Shown here: positions 7,924 to 17,878 of the stretch, one piece after another
Numbering within the stretch: the stretch's first letter is position 1
How the letters are laid out: each line of letters starts with the position of its first letter
Virus record (IMG/VR): IMGVR_UViG_3300028588_000055
Coordinates: 1 to 36,995 of that record
Strand: one strand, 5' to 3'
Origin: a virus
Lineage: Duplodnaviria; Caudoviricetes
DNA: 36,995 nt
Made by a program: the position numbers and the translations under genes
Notes under the pieces: model-generated
Databases searched by the model: none
Told to the model about the DNA's origin: nothing
What the model saw: only the letters and a program-made list of their open reading frames with translations

Positions 7924-8655
7924 CTAGAAAATGTTTTTCGTGAGCCATTCGGCGCCAGCTATTAATTCTTCGACTTGTTCCTTCGTGGGATCAACATCCT
8001 TCTTGTGCGAACAGAGATTGCGCAGATCAGCCAGGTAACTGATTTTTCGCCAGCCAGCCGTGTCGGTCACCGCCGCAGCTTTAAGCGGGTCATTGAGATC
8101 AGCAATCGTCGGATTCTTTTTAGGAATTTTAATTTCGTGCGCATCTGCTACTTTTTGAAGATGGCCTTCGATAACAACTCCAATGAGAGCCCCAGCAGCA
8201 CGGGGACTTACCTTCAACAGTTGTTTGGCAACCGCCACTTCATTGTCTTGAAGTTCCGAATACAGCTCGCCTTCTATGTTGGCTAATACTGAATTTACAC
8301 GTCCGTTTAATGCATGAAGTATGCTTAATTGATTTAAAAAGCATTGAAGTACCTGTTTACGACTATCAAAGTCATCGTATCCATACCCTCCCGGAACTAC
8401 ACCCTTCATGTAGTCTTGAATAACGTAAGTGCCGTAACCAAGCGATTTTCGCTTTGGATCGATCTCGTAATAGCCGCGAAATTCAGCATACCGGTCTGGC
8501 GCAAGGGAAGAAACGGCTTTTACGGCTTTGGTGTACCACCCTTGATAGTCGTAATGAAACTGTTTGTCCTGCTCCTTTTGAAACGCAGTAGCAAGCTTTA
8601 CTCCTCCCTTATAAAGATCATCGAGCTCTTTGTGAATGGCTTCGCGCTTAGTCAT
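7924..8655 (-). CDS. HEPN-domain protein (candidate abortive-infection RNase)
   Basis: AAGALIGVVIEGHL helix and RNLCSH Rx4H motif, typical of HEPN domains. Confidence 0.75.
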   Translation of the reverse strand: MTKREAIHKELDDLYKGGVKLATAFQKEQDKQFHYDYQGWYTKAVKAVSSLAPDRYAEFRGYYEIDPKRKSLGYGTYVIQDYMKGVVPGGYGYDDFDSRKQVLQCFLNQLSILHALNGRVNSVLANIEGELYSELQDNEVAVAKQLLKVSPRAAGALIGVVIEGHLQKVADAHEIKIPKKNPTIADLNDPLKAAAVTDTAGWRKISYLADLRNLCSHKKDVDPTKEQVEELIAGAEWLTKNIF

Positions 8656-8718
8656 TTGGTCCCAGTAATGGAATGTTGCCTCACTCTATTGTCGTACTTT
8701 GATGGTCAAAAGGCAACA

Positions 8719-9135
8719 TCAAACTCGCCATTTCGAGGGGCGCATGCCTTGTTCTTCGCGGTGCTTCGTGATCTGTTTGCGGCGGTACTCTCTCCAACTC
8801 GCGCGGTAACTACCACTCGTGTGTCGTCGCCAGTCACAGACTGCATCACCCATCACAGGAACCCAGCGCGGATTCGGGCCCACGCTCGCGAAGTGCAAAG
8901 GGCTTGCTATCTCGGCTTTCCATCGCTCGATGATCTGCGCGAAGGGTAAAGACAAGTGATCCCATTCGCCAGCCTTCCACATTGCGTCAAACGACGCCAG
9001 TAGCAACAGCTCGCGTTTCTTCGCCTCCGCTTCCCGCTTCCAAAAGCCATGACTGAACAGGTCAGTTGGCAAGCCCAGGTTGCGAAGCCGCTTCATGTTG
9101 TCTGCTCTCAGACTACGACGTTGTCCTCGTTTCAC
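8719..9135 (-). CDS. Basic, Trp-rich hypothetical phage protein
   Basis: GTG start with a GGGAG RBS; TAAATA on the minus strand at 9190-9195. Confidence 0.6.
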   Translation of the reverse strand: MKRGQRRSLRADNMKRLRNLGLPTDLFSHGFWKREAEAKKRELLLLASFDAMWKAGEWDHLSLPFAQIIERWKAEIASPLHFASVGPNPRWVPVMGDAVCDWRRHTSGSYRASWREYRRKQITKHREEQGMRPSKWRV

Positions 9136-9196
9136 TTGATTGTCTCCCGATTGATAAATAGCCGACGGCTCATGATGAGCCAGCGAGGTTATTTAA

Positions 9197-9598
9197 GTGG
9201 AAGACAAGAACAAGACGACCAAGGAGGTCGCGGAGGTCAGCGCCGAAACGCTAGACAAGCTGGCAAGCCCAGATGCCGACATTCGACAAAGCGGTTTGAT
9301 CGACATCTTTGAACAGCACTTGCCTGTAATCCCACCTGACTACGTGTTCAAGCGCAAGGATCGCAAGTTTGTTGAAGACGCACTCAACGTTGCGTTCGAT
9401 CTGACAGGCGGTATCCCGCGCTTAACGAAGTACGCGCACGAGAACTACAACGAGTTCATTAAGCTCTATGCGCGCATGCTACCCGAGGCGCAGAAGGCCG
9501 AGACAGGCCCGGCCGTTGTGCAGGTATTCCATAACGTCCCGTCGTCGCCGCTCGACCTGGGCGACGTTGTAGACATGGATGACCCGGACGATGAGTAA
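9197..9598 (+). CDS. Putative terminase small subunit
   Basis: Directly upstream of and overlapping TerL; GG..L..YA.EN..EF.KLY.R.LP pattern common in podovirus TerS. Confidence 0.7.
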   Translation: MEDKNKTTKEVAEVSAETLDKLASPDADIRQSGLIDIFEQHLPVIPPDYVFKRKDRKFVEDALNVAFDLTGGIPRLTKYAHENYNEFIKLYARMLPEAQKAETGPAVVQVFHNVPSSPLDLGDVVDMDDPDDE

Positions 9599-11036
9599 CG
9601 GCGTCCAAACGATCCAACTCGACTACCAGCCCCGGCCAGCCTTTCTTCCCCTGCACCAGCGCACTAAGCGCTACACCGTAATCGTTGCGCACCGACGAGC
9701 GGGCAAGACGTACAGCGTAATTCAAGACCTGATCGCCCGCGCACTTAATTTCCAGAAGAAAGACCGCACCACCGGCAGGCTGTTTCCCCGACCGCGCTTT
9801 GCTTACCTCTGCCCTTACAAGGGACAGGCCAAGTTGGTCGCTTGGCAGTACCTGATCGACTTCACCAAGTCGATCCCCGGCGTGAAGAAGAACGAGACCG
9901 AACTTTGGGTCGAGGTTCCAACCGTCGCCGGCGACATGGCCCGCATCACGCTCGGCGGCGCTGACAACCCTGACAACTTGCGCGGTACGTATTACGACGG
10001 CGTTGTGCTCGACGAGTACGGTGACATGAAGCCAGATGCGTACAGCCTGGTTCTGCGTCCTGCGCTGTCTGACCGTAAAGGCTGGGTTGTCTTCATGGGT
10101 ACGCCCAAGGGCAAGAACGACTTTTATAGGCGCTGGTTGCGAGCTCAAGAATCACCAGACAAGTATTTCTCCCTGTGTTTGAAAGCCAGTACTAGCGGGA
10201 TTCTAGACCCACTCGAAATCGAGGCCATGAAGGAAGAAATGGAACCCGAGGAAGTGGATCAAGAGCTTGAGTGCTCTTTTGATGCTGCATTCAAGGGCGC
10301 TTTCTACGGCAAGCAGATCGCAATCGCTAATCAGCAGAATCGCTTCCGCACTCTTGAGTATGAGCCAGAAGAGAAGGTCAGTATTGCGATGGACTTGGGT
10401 CACAGCGATGCGGCTGTAATTTGGTTCTGGCAAGTCGTTAATGGCGAAATACGATTTATAGACTATTGGGAGCAATCCGGCTACGACGCTGAAGAAGTCT
10501 GCGACATGCTCGCCCTCAAGCCATACGACTATGAAACGGTATGGCTCCCACATGATGCATTGCACCGCACGTTTGCAAGCAAGAAGTCAGTGCTTGATAC
10601 GTTTATCGAGAAGGGTCTGCCAGCTCGTAAAGCACCGAACCCAGACCGAGGCAATCGAGTAATGCACGGTATTGATGCTGTGCGTAAGTTCCTGCGAACT
10701 TGGCCATTCGCGATTGATAAAGAAAGCTGTGCTCGCGGTATCGAAACACTCAAGAACTACAGCCGCAAATACAACCGCTCAACCAACAGTTATGGGAGCG
10801 AAGCCGATCACAACGAGTGGTCACACGGTGCTGACGCATTCCGTTATGCGGTTCTCTCTATAAAAGAAGCTGATCTTGGTCGATCCGTCGAGCGAGGGCG
10901 TCAACGCCACATCGCGCGGCTAACAAATCACGGCCAAGTAAATAATCATCGCGGTATCACTCTGAACGAAGCATTTGCTTCAAGAGACCGCCAGATGATG
11001 ATTAAGAGACGCGATGTAAGTCGAGCATTCGACTAA
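9591..11036 (+). CDS. terL: Terminase large subunit
   Basis: Walker A HRRAGKT, Walker B VVLDE, coupling motif GTPKG, nuclease motifs MDLG and HGADAFRY; alternative start at 9579. Confidence 0.95.
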   Translation: MSNGVQTIQLDYQPRPAFLPLHQRTKRYTVIVAHRRAGKTYSVIQDLIARALNFQKKDRTTGRLFPRPRFAYLCPYKGQAKLVAWQYLIDFTKSIPGVKKNETELWVEVPTVAGDMARITLGGADNPDNLRGTYYDGVVLDEYGDMKPDAYSLVLRPALSDRKGWVVFMGTPKGKNDFYRRWLRAQESPDKYFSLCLKASTSGILDPLEIEAMKEEMEPEEVDQELECSFDAAFKGAFYGKQIAIANQQNRFRTLEYEPEEKVSIAMDLGHSDAAVIWFWQVVNGEIRFIDYWEQSGYDAEEVCDMLALKPYDYETVWLPHDALHRTFASKKSVLDTFIEKGLPARKAPNPDRGNRVMHGIDAVRKFLRTWPFAIDKESCARGIETLKNYSRKYNRSTNSYGSEADHNEWSHGADAFRYAVLSIKEADLGRSVERGRQRHIARLTNHGQVNNHRGITLNEAFASRDRQMMIKRRDVSRAFD

Positions 11037-11072
11037 TGAATAAATGCGCCACAAGAAGCGCATGGAGCATAA

Positions 11073-13169
11073 ATGGATAACCAATACAATAACGAAGTGG
11101 AAGGACTGGAAAGCCCTGTAAACGAAGACGCATTTGAGCAATCGCCAGTGCAGAGCCAGTATCAAACTGAGGGCGAGCAGGAGAAGTGGCTTAAAGACCT
11201 TGAGGCAAGCCGCAAAGAGCGTAAGACGTTTAATGATACTGCTGTGAAAGCGATCAAGCGTTATCGTGATGATCGAGACGACGCGTTCAAAGACGCAAAG
11301 CTATACAACATCTACTTTTCGAATACCGAAATCAAGCTGTCAGCGCTTTATGCTCGCACACCGAAAGCTGACATCAAACGCCGCTTCGATGATACGCAAG
11401 ACGACGTTGCTCGTGTAGCGGGGATTCTGTTGCAACGCAATCTGGAATACGAAATGGATTCGTGCAACTTCGATGCGTCGTTCAAACAGGTCTTGTTTGA
11501 CCACGTTGTGCCAGGCATGGGCGTTAGCTGGCTGCGCCTTGAAGAACGCCGCGAAGCACAACCAGATGCAGTTGATCCAACTGGCCAGGTCATGCCGCAA
11601 GAGCCCTTAGTTGTTGACCAAGCCGCACATACAGATTATGTGGCATGGGACGACTTCTTTTGGAGTCCATGCAAGGTATGGACTATGTGCAGCTGGGTTG
11701 CTCGCCGCATTCCCATGACGCGTGAAGCAATTCAAGACCGCTTTGGTCATACCCTGCCGGCGGAACTCATGAAAGAGATTCAGTACAGCGACAAGCCAGA
11801 AACACAGGACGCGGGCAAGTCAAAGCTGGCTCCGCAGAACCAGACAGAGAAGACTGCAGACGTATACGAAATCTGGGACAAGGAGCGTCGCCTTGTGTTT
11901 TGGGTCAACGAGTCGTCTCCGGTTCCGCTGGACGTGCAGCCAGACACCATGGAGTTTGATGGCTTCTTCCCGACCCCATTACCACCGCTCGGCCGCTTCG
12001 ATACATCGAACACGATTCCGATTAGCGATTACTCCTTAGTGAAGGGAAAGTATGCGGAGCTGGACGCGCTCAACAACCGTTGCAATCAGCTGAGCAAGGC
12101 ATTGGGCGTGCGCTTCGCGTATGACGCATCCAATCCAGAGCTGAAAGACCTCTACACGACCGTTGGCGAGAACGAAGGCGTAGGCGTCAAGGACTGGAAC
12201 GCGTTGACGGAGAAGGGCGGTTTAACGGGCTCGATCCAGTTTGCACCGCTTGAGCCTGTCGCAAACGCATTCAGTATCGCATCGGCGCAGTTGGAGCGCA
12301 TCAAGGGCCAGATTCTGGAGGTAGAAGGTATCAGCGACATCATGCGCGGCCAGTCCATGCCGTACGAGACCGCCACCGCAACGACCTTGAAGGGTCAGCA
12401 ATCGTTTGGACGATTCGCGGCTCGTCAACAGCAAGTAGCTGAGTACGTGGAAGCCCTGCTTCGCTTGAAGGCCCACGTGATCTGCAAGTTCTACAAGCCA
12501 GAACTGATTGTGCAGCGAGCTATGCCATTGCAGCAAGCGGACCAGCAGTTCATCGGGCCAGCAATTCAACTGCTCAAAGACGAATTGATGAGCCTGTTCC
12601 GCTTGAGCGTTAGTGTGGACAGTTTGCAACTGCCCAACTGGAACACAGAGAAAGCCGAACGTAGCGAGGCTATTCAGGCAATTACAAAAATGATGAGTGT
12701 GATCATGCCTGCTGTACAGCAGACGCCAGAAATCGCCCCGTTGGGCTTGGAAATGATCAAGTTCGGCATCAGCGGCTTCAAAGGCGCGCAGTCAATCGAG
12801 GGCGTTGTTGATCAAGGTTTGCGCCAGCTTATGCAAGCTAAACAGCAGGGCCAAGGCCAGGGGCAGCAAAAGCCAGCGCCTGAACAGATCAAGGCCCAAG
12901 CTGCCATGCAAAAGACGCAAGCTGACCTGCAAATCGCTCAAATGCAAGAAGAAACAAAACGCATGGTCGCCCAGATGGATGCTCAAGTTAAACAAGCACA
13001 GATGGCTATGGCGCAGCAAAAAGCCGACTTTGAGAATCGCTTGCGTGCAATGGAAGTCCAAATCCGTCAGGGTGAATTAGCAGCTCAAGTTGCGCATCAA
13101 CAGGCTACTCAAGTACACAATGCGGCACTTGACTTGCTCGACAACGGCAAGATTGATGGGAGCGCTTAA
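11073..13169 (+). CDS. Portal protein (P22-like, with Gln-rich C-terminal barrel)
   Basis: 698 aa after TerL; GISDIMRG..ETAT motif; long coiled-coil C-terminus. Confidence 0.88.
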   Translation: MDNQYNNEVEGLESPVNEDAFEQSPVQSQYQTEGEQEKWLKDLEASRKERKTFNDTAVKAIKRYRDDRDDAFKDAKLYNIYFSNTEIKLSALYARTPKADIKRRFDDTQDDVARVAGILLQRNLEYEMDSCNFDASFKQVLFDHVVPGMGVSWLRLEERREAQPDAVDPTGQVMPQEPLVVDQAAHTDYVAWDDFFWSPCKVWTMCSWVARRIPMTREAIQDRFGHTLPAELMKEIQYSDKPETQDAGKSKLAPQNQTEKTADVYEIWDKERRLVFWVNESSPVPLDVQPDTMEFDGFFPTPLPPLGRFDTSNTIPISDYSLVKGKYAELDALNNRCNQLSKALGVRFAYDASNPELKDLYTTVGENEGVGVKDWNALTEKGGLTGSIQFAPLEPVANAFSIASAQLERIKGQILEVEGISDIMRGQSMPYETATATTLKGQQSFGRFAARQQQVAEYVEALLRLKAHVICKFYKPELIVQRAMPLQQADQQFIGPAIQLLKDELMSLFRLSVSVDSLQLPNWNTEKAERSEAIQAITKMMSVIMPAVQQTPEIAPLGLEMIKFGISGFKGAQSIEGVVDQGLRQLMQAKQQGQGQGQQKPAPEQIKAQAAMQKTQADLQIAQMQEETKRMVAQMDAQVKQAQMAMAQQKADFENRLRAMEVQIRQGELAAQVAHQQATQVHNAALDLLDNGKIDGSA

Positions 13170-13205
13170 ATCAAATAAATAAGCGAAACTAACCTAATCA
13201 ATACG

Positions 13206-13574
13206 ATGCCAACCTACACAGCACATTGCCTTACTTGCGGGCACGAGCAAGACTACATTCGCAGTATCGCAAACCGCAACGACACTCCCCTATGTTGTGA
13301 AACGCCGATGGTCAAGGGGCTGACTGCCCCGGCCATCAGCGCAATGGCCTTTACTGGCCATAAAGGCTTTCACATGCCAGATGGTCAGCATGGAGGCAAG
13401 GGAACTTGGATTGAATCCGGCCAGGACTACAAGAAATACCTGAAAGAGCACAACAAACTGCCAGCGAGCGAAGGCGCAGCCGAAGCGCGTCTGCAAAAGC
13501 GAAATGCCGACGCAGCGGATAACAAAAAGCGCCGTCAAGCAGTTATTAAGGCGGTCGAGAAGCTGAGTAGGTAA
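13206..13574 (+). CDS. FmdB-family zinc-ribbon protein
   Basis: MPTY..CLTCGH..PLCCETPM. Confidence 0.75.
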   Translation: MPTYTAHCLTCGHEQDYIRSIANRNDTPLCCETPMVKGLTAPAISAMAFTGHKGFHMPDGQHGGKGTWIESGQDYKKYLKEHNKLPASEGAAEARLQKRNADAADNKKRRQAVIKAVEKLSR

Positions 13575-13621
13575 TGCGACAGCGAGCAAGCGCGCTCAAA
13601 CTTTCCTTGGTTATTTCTTTT

Positions 13622-13817
13622 TCTTCTGGGAAGGAGCGTAGCGACCAATCAGTTATTGGTTTCTGGGTTCACCCAGAACTACTTCCGTAGGAAGGTAAGA
13701 TTGGTTTTGAGCTGAACGAAGTGATGCTCAAAACATCAACTCTTATTATCTCCTTATTGGCAGCCCTTCTTCAAACCAAGAAGTTAAGTCATCACTCATC
13801 ATCATGGCAAAAATGAG
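13622..13817 (+). repeat. Structured ~195-bp element, copy 2
   Basis: Inverted copy of 3079-3272. Confidence 0.92.
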
Positions 13818-13896
13818 CGAAACCGCTAGAAAGGAATGCCGAACAAATAAATAACGATAGGCAGTAATAGTGCTGCCAGAACATGAGGAACACGCC

Positions 13897-14940
13897 ATGT
13901 CTGACTTTGAAGATACCAGCAAAGAGCTGGAAGTCACGGACAACGTTGACCAATACGACGTAGCACCCGAAGTACAAGAAACACCAGATACACCAGAAGT
14001 TGAAACCGATGAGCCGAAGTCACTGCACGATGTAGTGCGTAAGGCTTACGAGAAAACAACTGGTGCAAAAGAGCCCCCAGCGCCGGAGCCAGTTAAAGCT
14101 GAGCTCTCCAAGGAAGTCGATCCAATCACAGGTCGTGAAATCGAACCTATCCGCGCACCAGCAAGCATGACGCCGATGTTGCGTGAGAAGTGGAATGCGG
14201 TCCCTCGTGAGTTCCAAAAATACTGGATCGACCGCGAACGCGACATCCAGACCCGACTGAATGACACTGTCGACGAACGCAAACTGGCTAAGCAATTCAA
14301 CGAGGTTGCTGCTCCATACGAAGCCATGTTCCGTCAGCACGGCACCAATGCAGTCGCCCATACGAAAGAACTGCTGAACTTGGATTATCAACTTCGCACT
14401 GGCTCGCCGGCACAAAAGGCGCAGCTGCTCCATAGCATGATCATGCATTTTCAACCAGACGTGCGAGTTCTTGCCGAACTGGCTGCTGGTCAACCTATGC
14501 CGCAATCGCAAGCCCAGCAAGCGCCGAACGTGCAAGACCTGGTTCGCCAAGAGCTTGAGGCTCGTGAAGAGAAGCAAGTCATGGATAACGTCAACCGTGA
14601 GATTGCTGCGTTTTCGGCTGATCCACAGAATGAGTTCCTGAATGAGCTTCGCCCGCTGATGCAAAAGGCCATCGACGGAAGCTGGGTGACCGGCAACACC
14701 ATGCCCGAACTGCTCCGCAATGCTTACGACTTTGCGGCAAAGCATCACCCAGAAGTGGCGCAAGTCCTTGCCAGTCGCGCGGCGCAAACCCCGGTAAATC
14801 AGGTAGCACAGACCACAAAGCCAATCCAGAGCGTTAAGCCATCCCTTGCAAGTGGTGGCCGCGGTGGCCAATCAATGCCCCGCCCAAAATCACGGCGCGA
14901 AGCAGTTGAGTTGGCTTACAACAAACACGCCGGTAAGTAA
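13897..14940 (+). CDS. Capsid scaffolding protein
   Basis: Acidic N-terminus, helical body, basic C-terminal helix; lies between portal and capsid; GAGGA RBS. Confidence 0.75.
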   Translation: MSDFEDTSKELEVTDNVDQYDVAPEVQETPDTPEVETDEPKSLHDVVRKAYEKTTGAKEPPAPEPVKAELSKEVDPITGREIEPIRAPASMTPMLREKWNAVPREFQKYWIDRERDIQTRLNDTVDERKLAKQFNEVAAPYEAMFRQHGTNAVAHTKELLNLDYQLRTGSPAQKAQLLHSMIMHFQPDVRVLAELAAGQPMPQSQAQQAPNVQDLVRQELEAREEKQVMDNVNREIAAFSADPQNEFLNELRPLMQKAIDGSWVTGNTMPELLRNAYDFAAKHHPEVAQVLASRAAQTPVNQVAQTTKPIQSVKPSLASGGRGGQSMPRPKSRREAVELAYNKHAGK

Positions 14941-15018
14941 TACAGAGTTCGTTCGCCGCAAGTGAACGAACTTTCCTAAATAGACCAAACACACAACCAC
15001 GACGGAGAATTAGTACAA

Positions 15019-15246
15019 ATGACTGTTTCGCTTTTTTCACTGATCGTGGCGCAAGGCGCCGAAATGCCAGTTGTTGACCCTAGATTAACAACACATGTCG
15101 AGTACGCTTCGCGTGTCAATACAAATTCGCCTGGACCAGCGACGCAAGCTGATTCGATTGCTACGACAGATGAGCTGGATGCGCAGCCAGTTATCACCGG
15201 TAATAGCAAGACAACAGATGCGGTGGCATCCAGCGGGAAAGAGTAA
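15019..15246 (+). CDS. Small hypothetical protein
   Basis: 75-aa ORF with GGAG and TAAATA (14977) upstream. Confidence 0.45.
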   Translation: MTVSLFSLIVAQGAEMPVVDPRLTTHVEYASRVNTNSPGPATQADSIATTDELDAQPVITGNSKTTDAVASSGKE

Positions 15247-15294
15247 AGACCTCGATTAGAAACGGTCGCTAGCCAAATAATAAGGATAAAAACA

Positions 15295-16266
15295 ATGGCA
15301 TTCCCAAACCTTAGTGACCTCGCTGCGACTACCATCGAGTTTCGCTCGAAAGACATCGCTGACAACGTAACAAATCACAACGCCGCGCTTCTGGCAATGA
15401 AGAAGTCGGGCGGCATCGCCAGCTTTGATGGTGGTACTTTCATTAACGAGAACCTGTCCTTTGCCGAAAACGGCAACGGTGGTTCGTACAGCGGCTATGA
15501 CGTGCTGCCAACCGCACCGTCTGACGTGATCTCGGCTGCTCAATACACGTTCTCGCAGTACGCAGTTCCTGTCGTGTTCTCCGGTCGTGAGACCTTGATC
15601 AACAGCGGCAAGGAAGCTGTGATCGATCTGGTCGAAGCGCGCGTCAAAGTTGCTGAATCGACCATGAGCAACCTGTTGAACCGTCATTTTTACCTGGACG
15701 GTACTGGTAACAGCGGTAAGAACATCACCGGTCTTGCGGCTGCAATCCCGCTGGCAAACACTGCTGGCGTGTACGGTGGTATCGATCGCGCTAACTATGC
15801 TTTCTGGCGCAACCAGAAATACCAGGCATCGGTCGACGGCGCAGGTGTTGCTACTACTGGCGCAGAACTGATTGCTCAGTGGAATCTGTTCATGACTAAA
15901 CTGACCCGTGGCACCGACAAACCGAAGATCATCCTCGCCTCGCCGGAAGTGTTCTCACTGTATGAGTCTGGTTTGCAAAACATGCAGCGCATCACCGACA
16001 CTACTCTGGGCGCAGCTGGCTTCACCACGCTGACCTTCCAAGGTATCCCAGTCGTGTTTGACACTGCTGTGTCTGGCATCGGCGCTAACGCTGCTTACTT
16101 CCTGAATACTGATTACATGAAGTGGCGTTCGCACAAAGACCGTAACATGATCGCACTGGAAGACAAGTCGGCAGTGAACCAAGACAGCACTGTCAAGACT
16201 CTGGCTTGGGCCGGTAACTTGACCATGAGCGGCGCGAAGTTCCAAGGCGTATACAGCAACTCCTAA
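15295..16266 (+). CDS. Major capsid protein
   Basis: 323 aa; ATT..RSK.IADNV..HNA.L start typical of this podovirus capsid family; strong codon bias; terminator follows. Confidence 0.9.
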   Translation: MAFPNLSDLAATTIEFRSKDIADNVTNHNAALLAMKKSGGIASFDGGTFINENLSFAENGNGGSYSGYDVLPTAPSDVISAAQYTFSQYAVPVVFSGRETLINSGKEAVIDLVEARVKVAESTMSNLLNRHFYLDGTGNSGKNITGLAAAIPLANTAGVYGGIDRANYAFWRNQKYQASVDGAGVATTGAELIAQWNLFMTKLTRGTDKPKIILASPEVFSLYESGLQNMQRITDTTLGAAGFTTLTFQGIPVVFDTAVSGIGANAAYFLNTDYMKWRSHKDRNMIALEDKSAVNQDSTVKTLAWAGNLTMSGAKFQGVYSNS

Positions 16267-16296
16267 TTCGTAGTGTGAACTAACGTTGTGTAAGAG

Positions 16297-16325
16297 AGGG
16301 CTTCTTCGGAGGCCCTTTTTCTTTT
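16297..16325 (+). terminator. Rho-independent terminator
   Basis: AGGGCTTC-TTCG-GAGGCCCT followed by a T-run. Confidence 0.85.
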
Positions 16326-16433
16326 GAGGATAAATAATGGTTGCAACTGGTAATTGTGCCATTGCGTAATGCCGCCAGTTTGGTGAGCCGCAATAACAAG
16401 CGTAACTCGCACCGATCACGGCAGGAGACATAA

Positions 16434-17135
16434 ATGAATAAAAACACAAATAATGGTATCGATCTGAACGTTGCGATTGCAACTCAGGGCACAGGAAGCC
16501 GCTTCATTGAAGAAGAGCATAACGGCATTCGCGATCCACTTACGGGCCGTTTTGCTACACACAAAGACTACGGTGGTGATTTAGGCGTGAATCTGCATTT
16601 CACTGTCGAGCCAGTTTTTTCGAAGAAAGAAACCTATCTGGCTGGTGGCGTGCCGAAATACGTTGACATGGATTTCATCACAATTTCCATCCCAGGTGAT
16701 AACTACACGAAAGTACATCGTCCTGTAACCGACTTTGACCAATGGCGATTCCCGCGCGAGTACGAAGCATTTAAGCGTGGTCAAGAAGCATCTGTTGTGG
16801 GCGTTCCGCTGGACATGTGGCCCGGTGTTGGTCCGTCGCAAGTAATGGAACTCAAGCATCACGGAATTCGAACCGTCGAGCAACTGGCAAACCTGTCCGA
16901 TAGCACTAATGGCGCACTTCGCGGGTTCTACGCATACAAGCAGAAAGCACAGCAGTACCTGGACGATGCTAAAGACAAGAATGCGGCTGCTGTCGTGCGT
17001 GCCCAGATGGATGAACAAGCCGAACGCCATAAAGCAGAAATGAAAGAAATGGAAGACCGGTTTGCTGCAATGCTTGAGCAAGCTATGTCCGCAAAAGAGC
17101 CGAAAGAAGTCAAGAAGACTAAAGCTGGCGAATAA
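16434..17135 (+). CDS. Phage protein with HhH-like motif and C-terminal coiled coil
   Basis: WPGVGPSQVMELKHHGIRTVEQLA helix-hairpin-helix-like segment; AGGAG RBS. Confidence 0.75.
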   Translation: MNKNTNNGIDLNVAIATQGTGSRFIEEEHNGIRDPLTGRFATHKDYGGDLGVNLHFTVEPVFSKKETYLAGGVPKYVDMDFITISIPGDNYTKVHRPVTDFDQWRFPREYEAFKRGQEASVVGVPLDMWPGVGPSQVMELKHHGIRTVEQLANLSDSTNGALRGFYAYKQKAQQYLDDAKDKNAAAVVRAQMDEQAERHKAEMKEMEDRFAAMLEQAMSAKEPKEVKKTKAGE

Positions 17136-17158
17136 CAAATAACGGAGACGACACAATA

Positions 17159-17878
17159 ATGGCGCAGAGAACCATTTTACAAATTGCCCAGGCTGTTAAT
17201 GCCGAACTTGGATTTCCCAAGCCCACGACGGTTGTGTCGTCTACCGATACGAACGTTATCAAGCTCCTTGCTCTGATCACCGCTACTTGCGAAGACCTAA
17301 TGAATGAGTTTGATTGGCAAGCACTGCAAAAGCGGTACACATTCAACACTCAAAACGGTGTCGAAGAGTATGCCTTGCCAACTGATACGGAGCGCTTTAT
17401 CAGTTCATCGTTCTTTGACCAGAACAATCGCTGGCCGATGCAAGGCCCCTTGAATGCAACTGAATGGGAAGCATTGCGCGTTAGCGGTCTGAATGCAAGT
17501 CCATTCCAGCGTTATCGCGTGTTTGGGAACATGTTGCATTTGTTTCCAACTCCAGGTGCATCACCTTACACGTTTGTTTATGAATACGTCAGCAATAGCT
17601 TTTGCACGAGCAGTGGCGGTGTGGCACAAACCACAGTCCAGCAAGACAGCGACATCATTTTGTTGGATTCACGCTGCGTGATTTACGGCTCGAAGCTGAA
17701 ATGGCTTTCATCAAACAACATGGACACTACGTCCGCACTTGTCGATTACATGCGCGCTCTCGATTTCGCTAAATCGTCTGACGTGCCAGCACGCCGTTTG
17801 AGTCTGGCCGGTGGCAGCATGGGAACGCCATTGCTATCGACTGCAAATCTGCCTGATACCGACTTCGGGGGTGTCTAA
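17159..17878 (+). CDS. Head-tail adaptor (tail tubular protein A-like)
   Basis: Position and size; W..L..Y.LP.D motif. Confidence 0.75.
   Translation: MAQRTILQIAQAVNAELGFPKPTTVVSSTDTNVIKLLALITATCEDLMNEFDWQALQKRYTFNTQNGVEEYALPTDTERFISSSFFDQNNRWPMQGPLNATEWEALRVSGLNASPFQRYRVFGNMLHLFPTPGASPYTFVYEYVSNSFCTSSGGVAQTTVQQDSDIILLDSRCVIYGSKLKWLSSNNMDTTSALVDYMRALDFAKSSDVPARRLSLAGGSMGTPLLSTANLPDTDFGGV

Noticed and set aside
3079-13817. IRs as transposon/IS ends or retron msr-msd
   Set aside because: No transposase or reverse transcriptase, no evident target-site duplication, and the enclosed genes are in normal phage order
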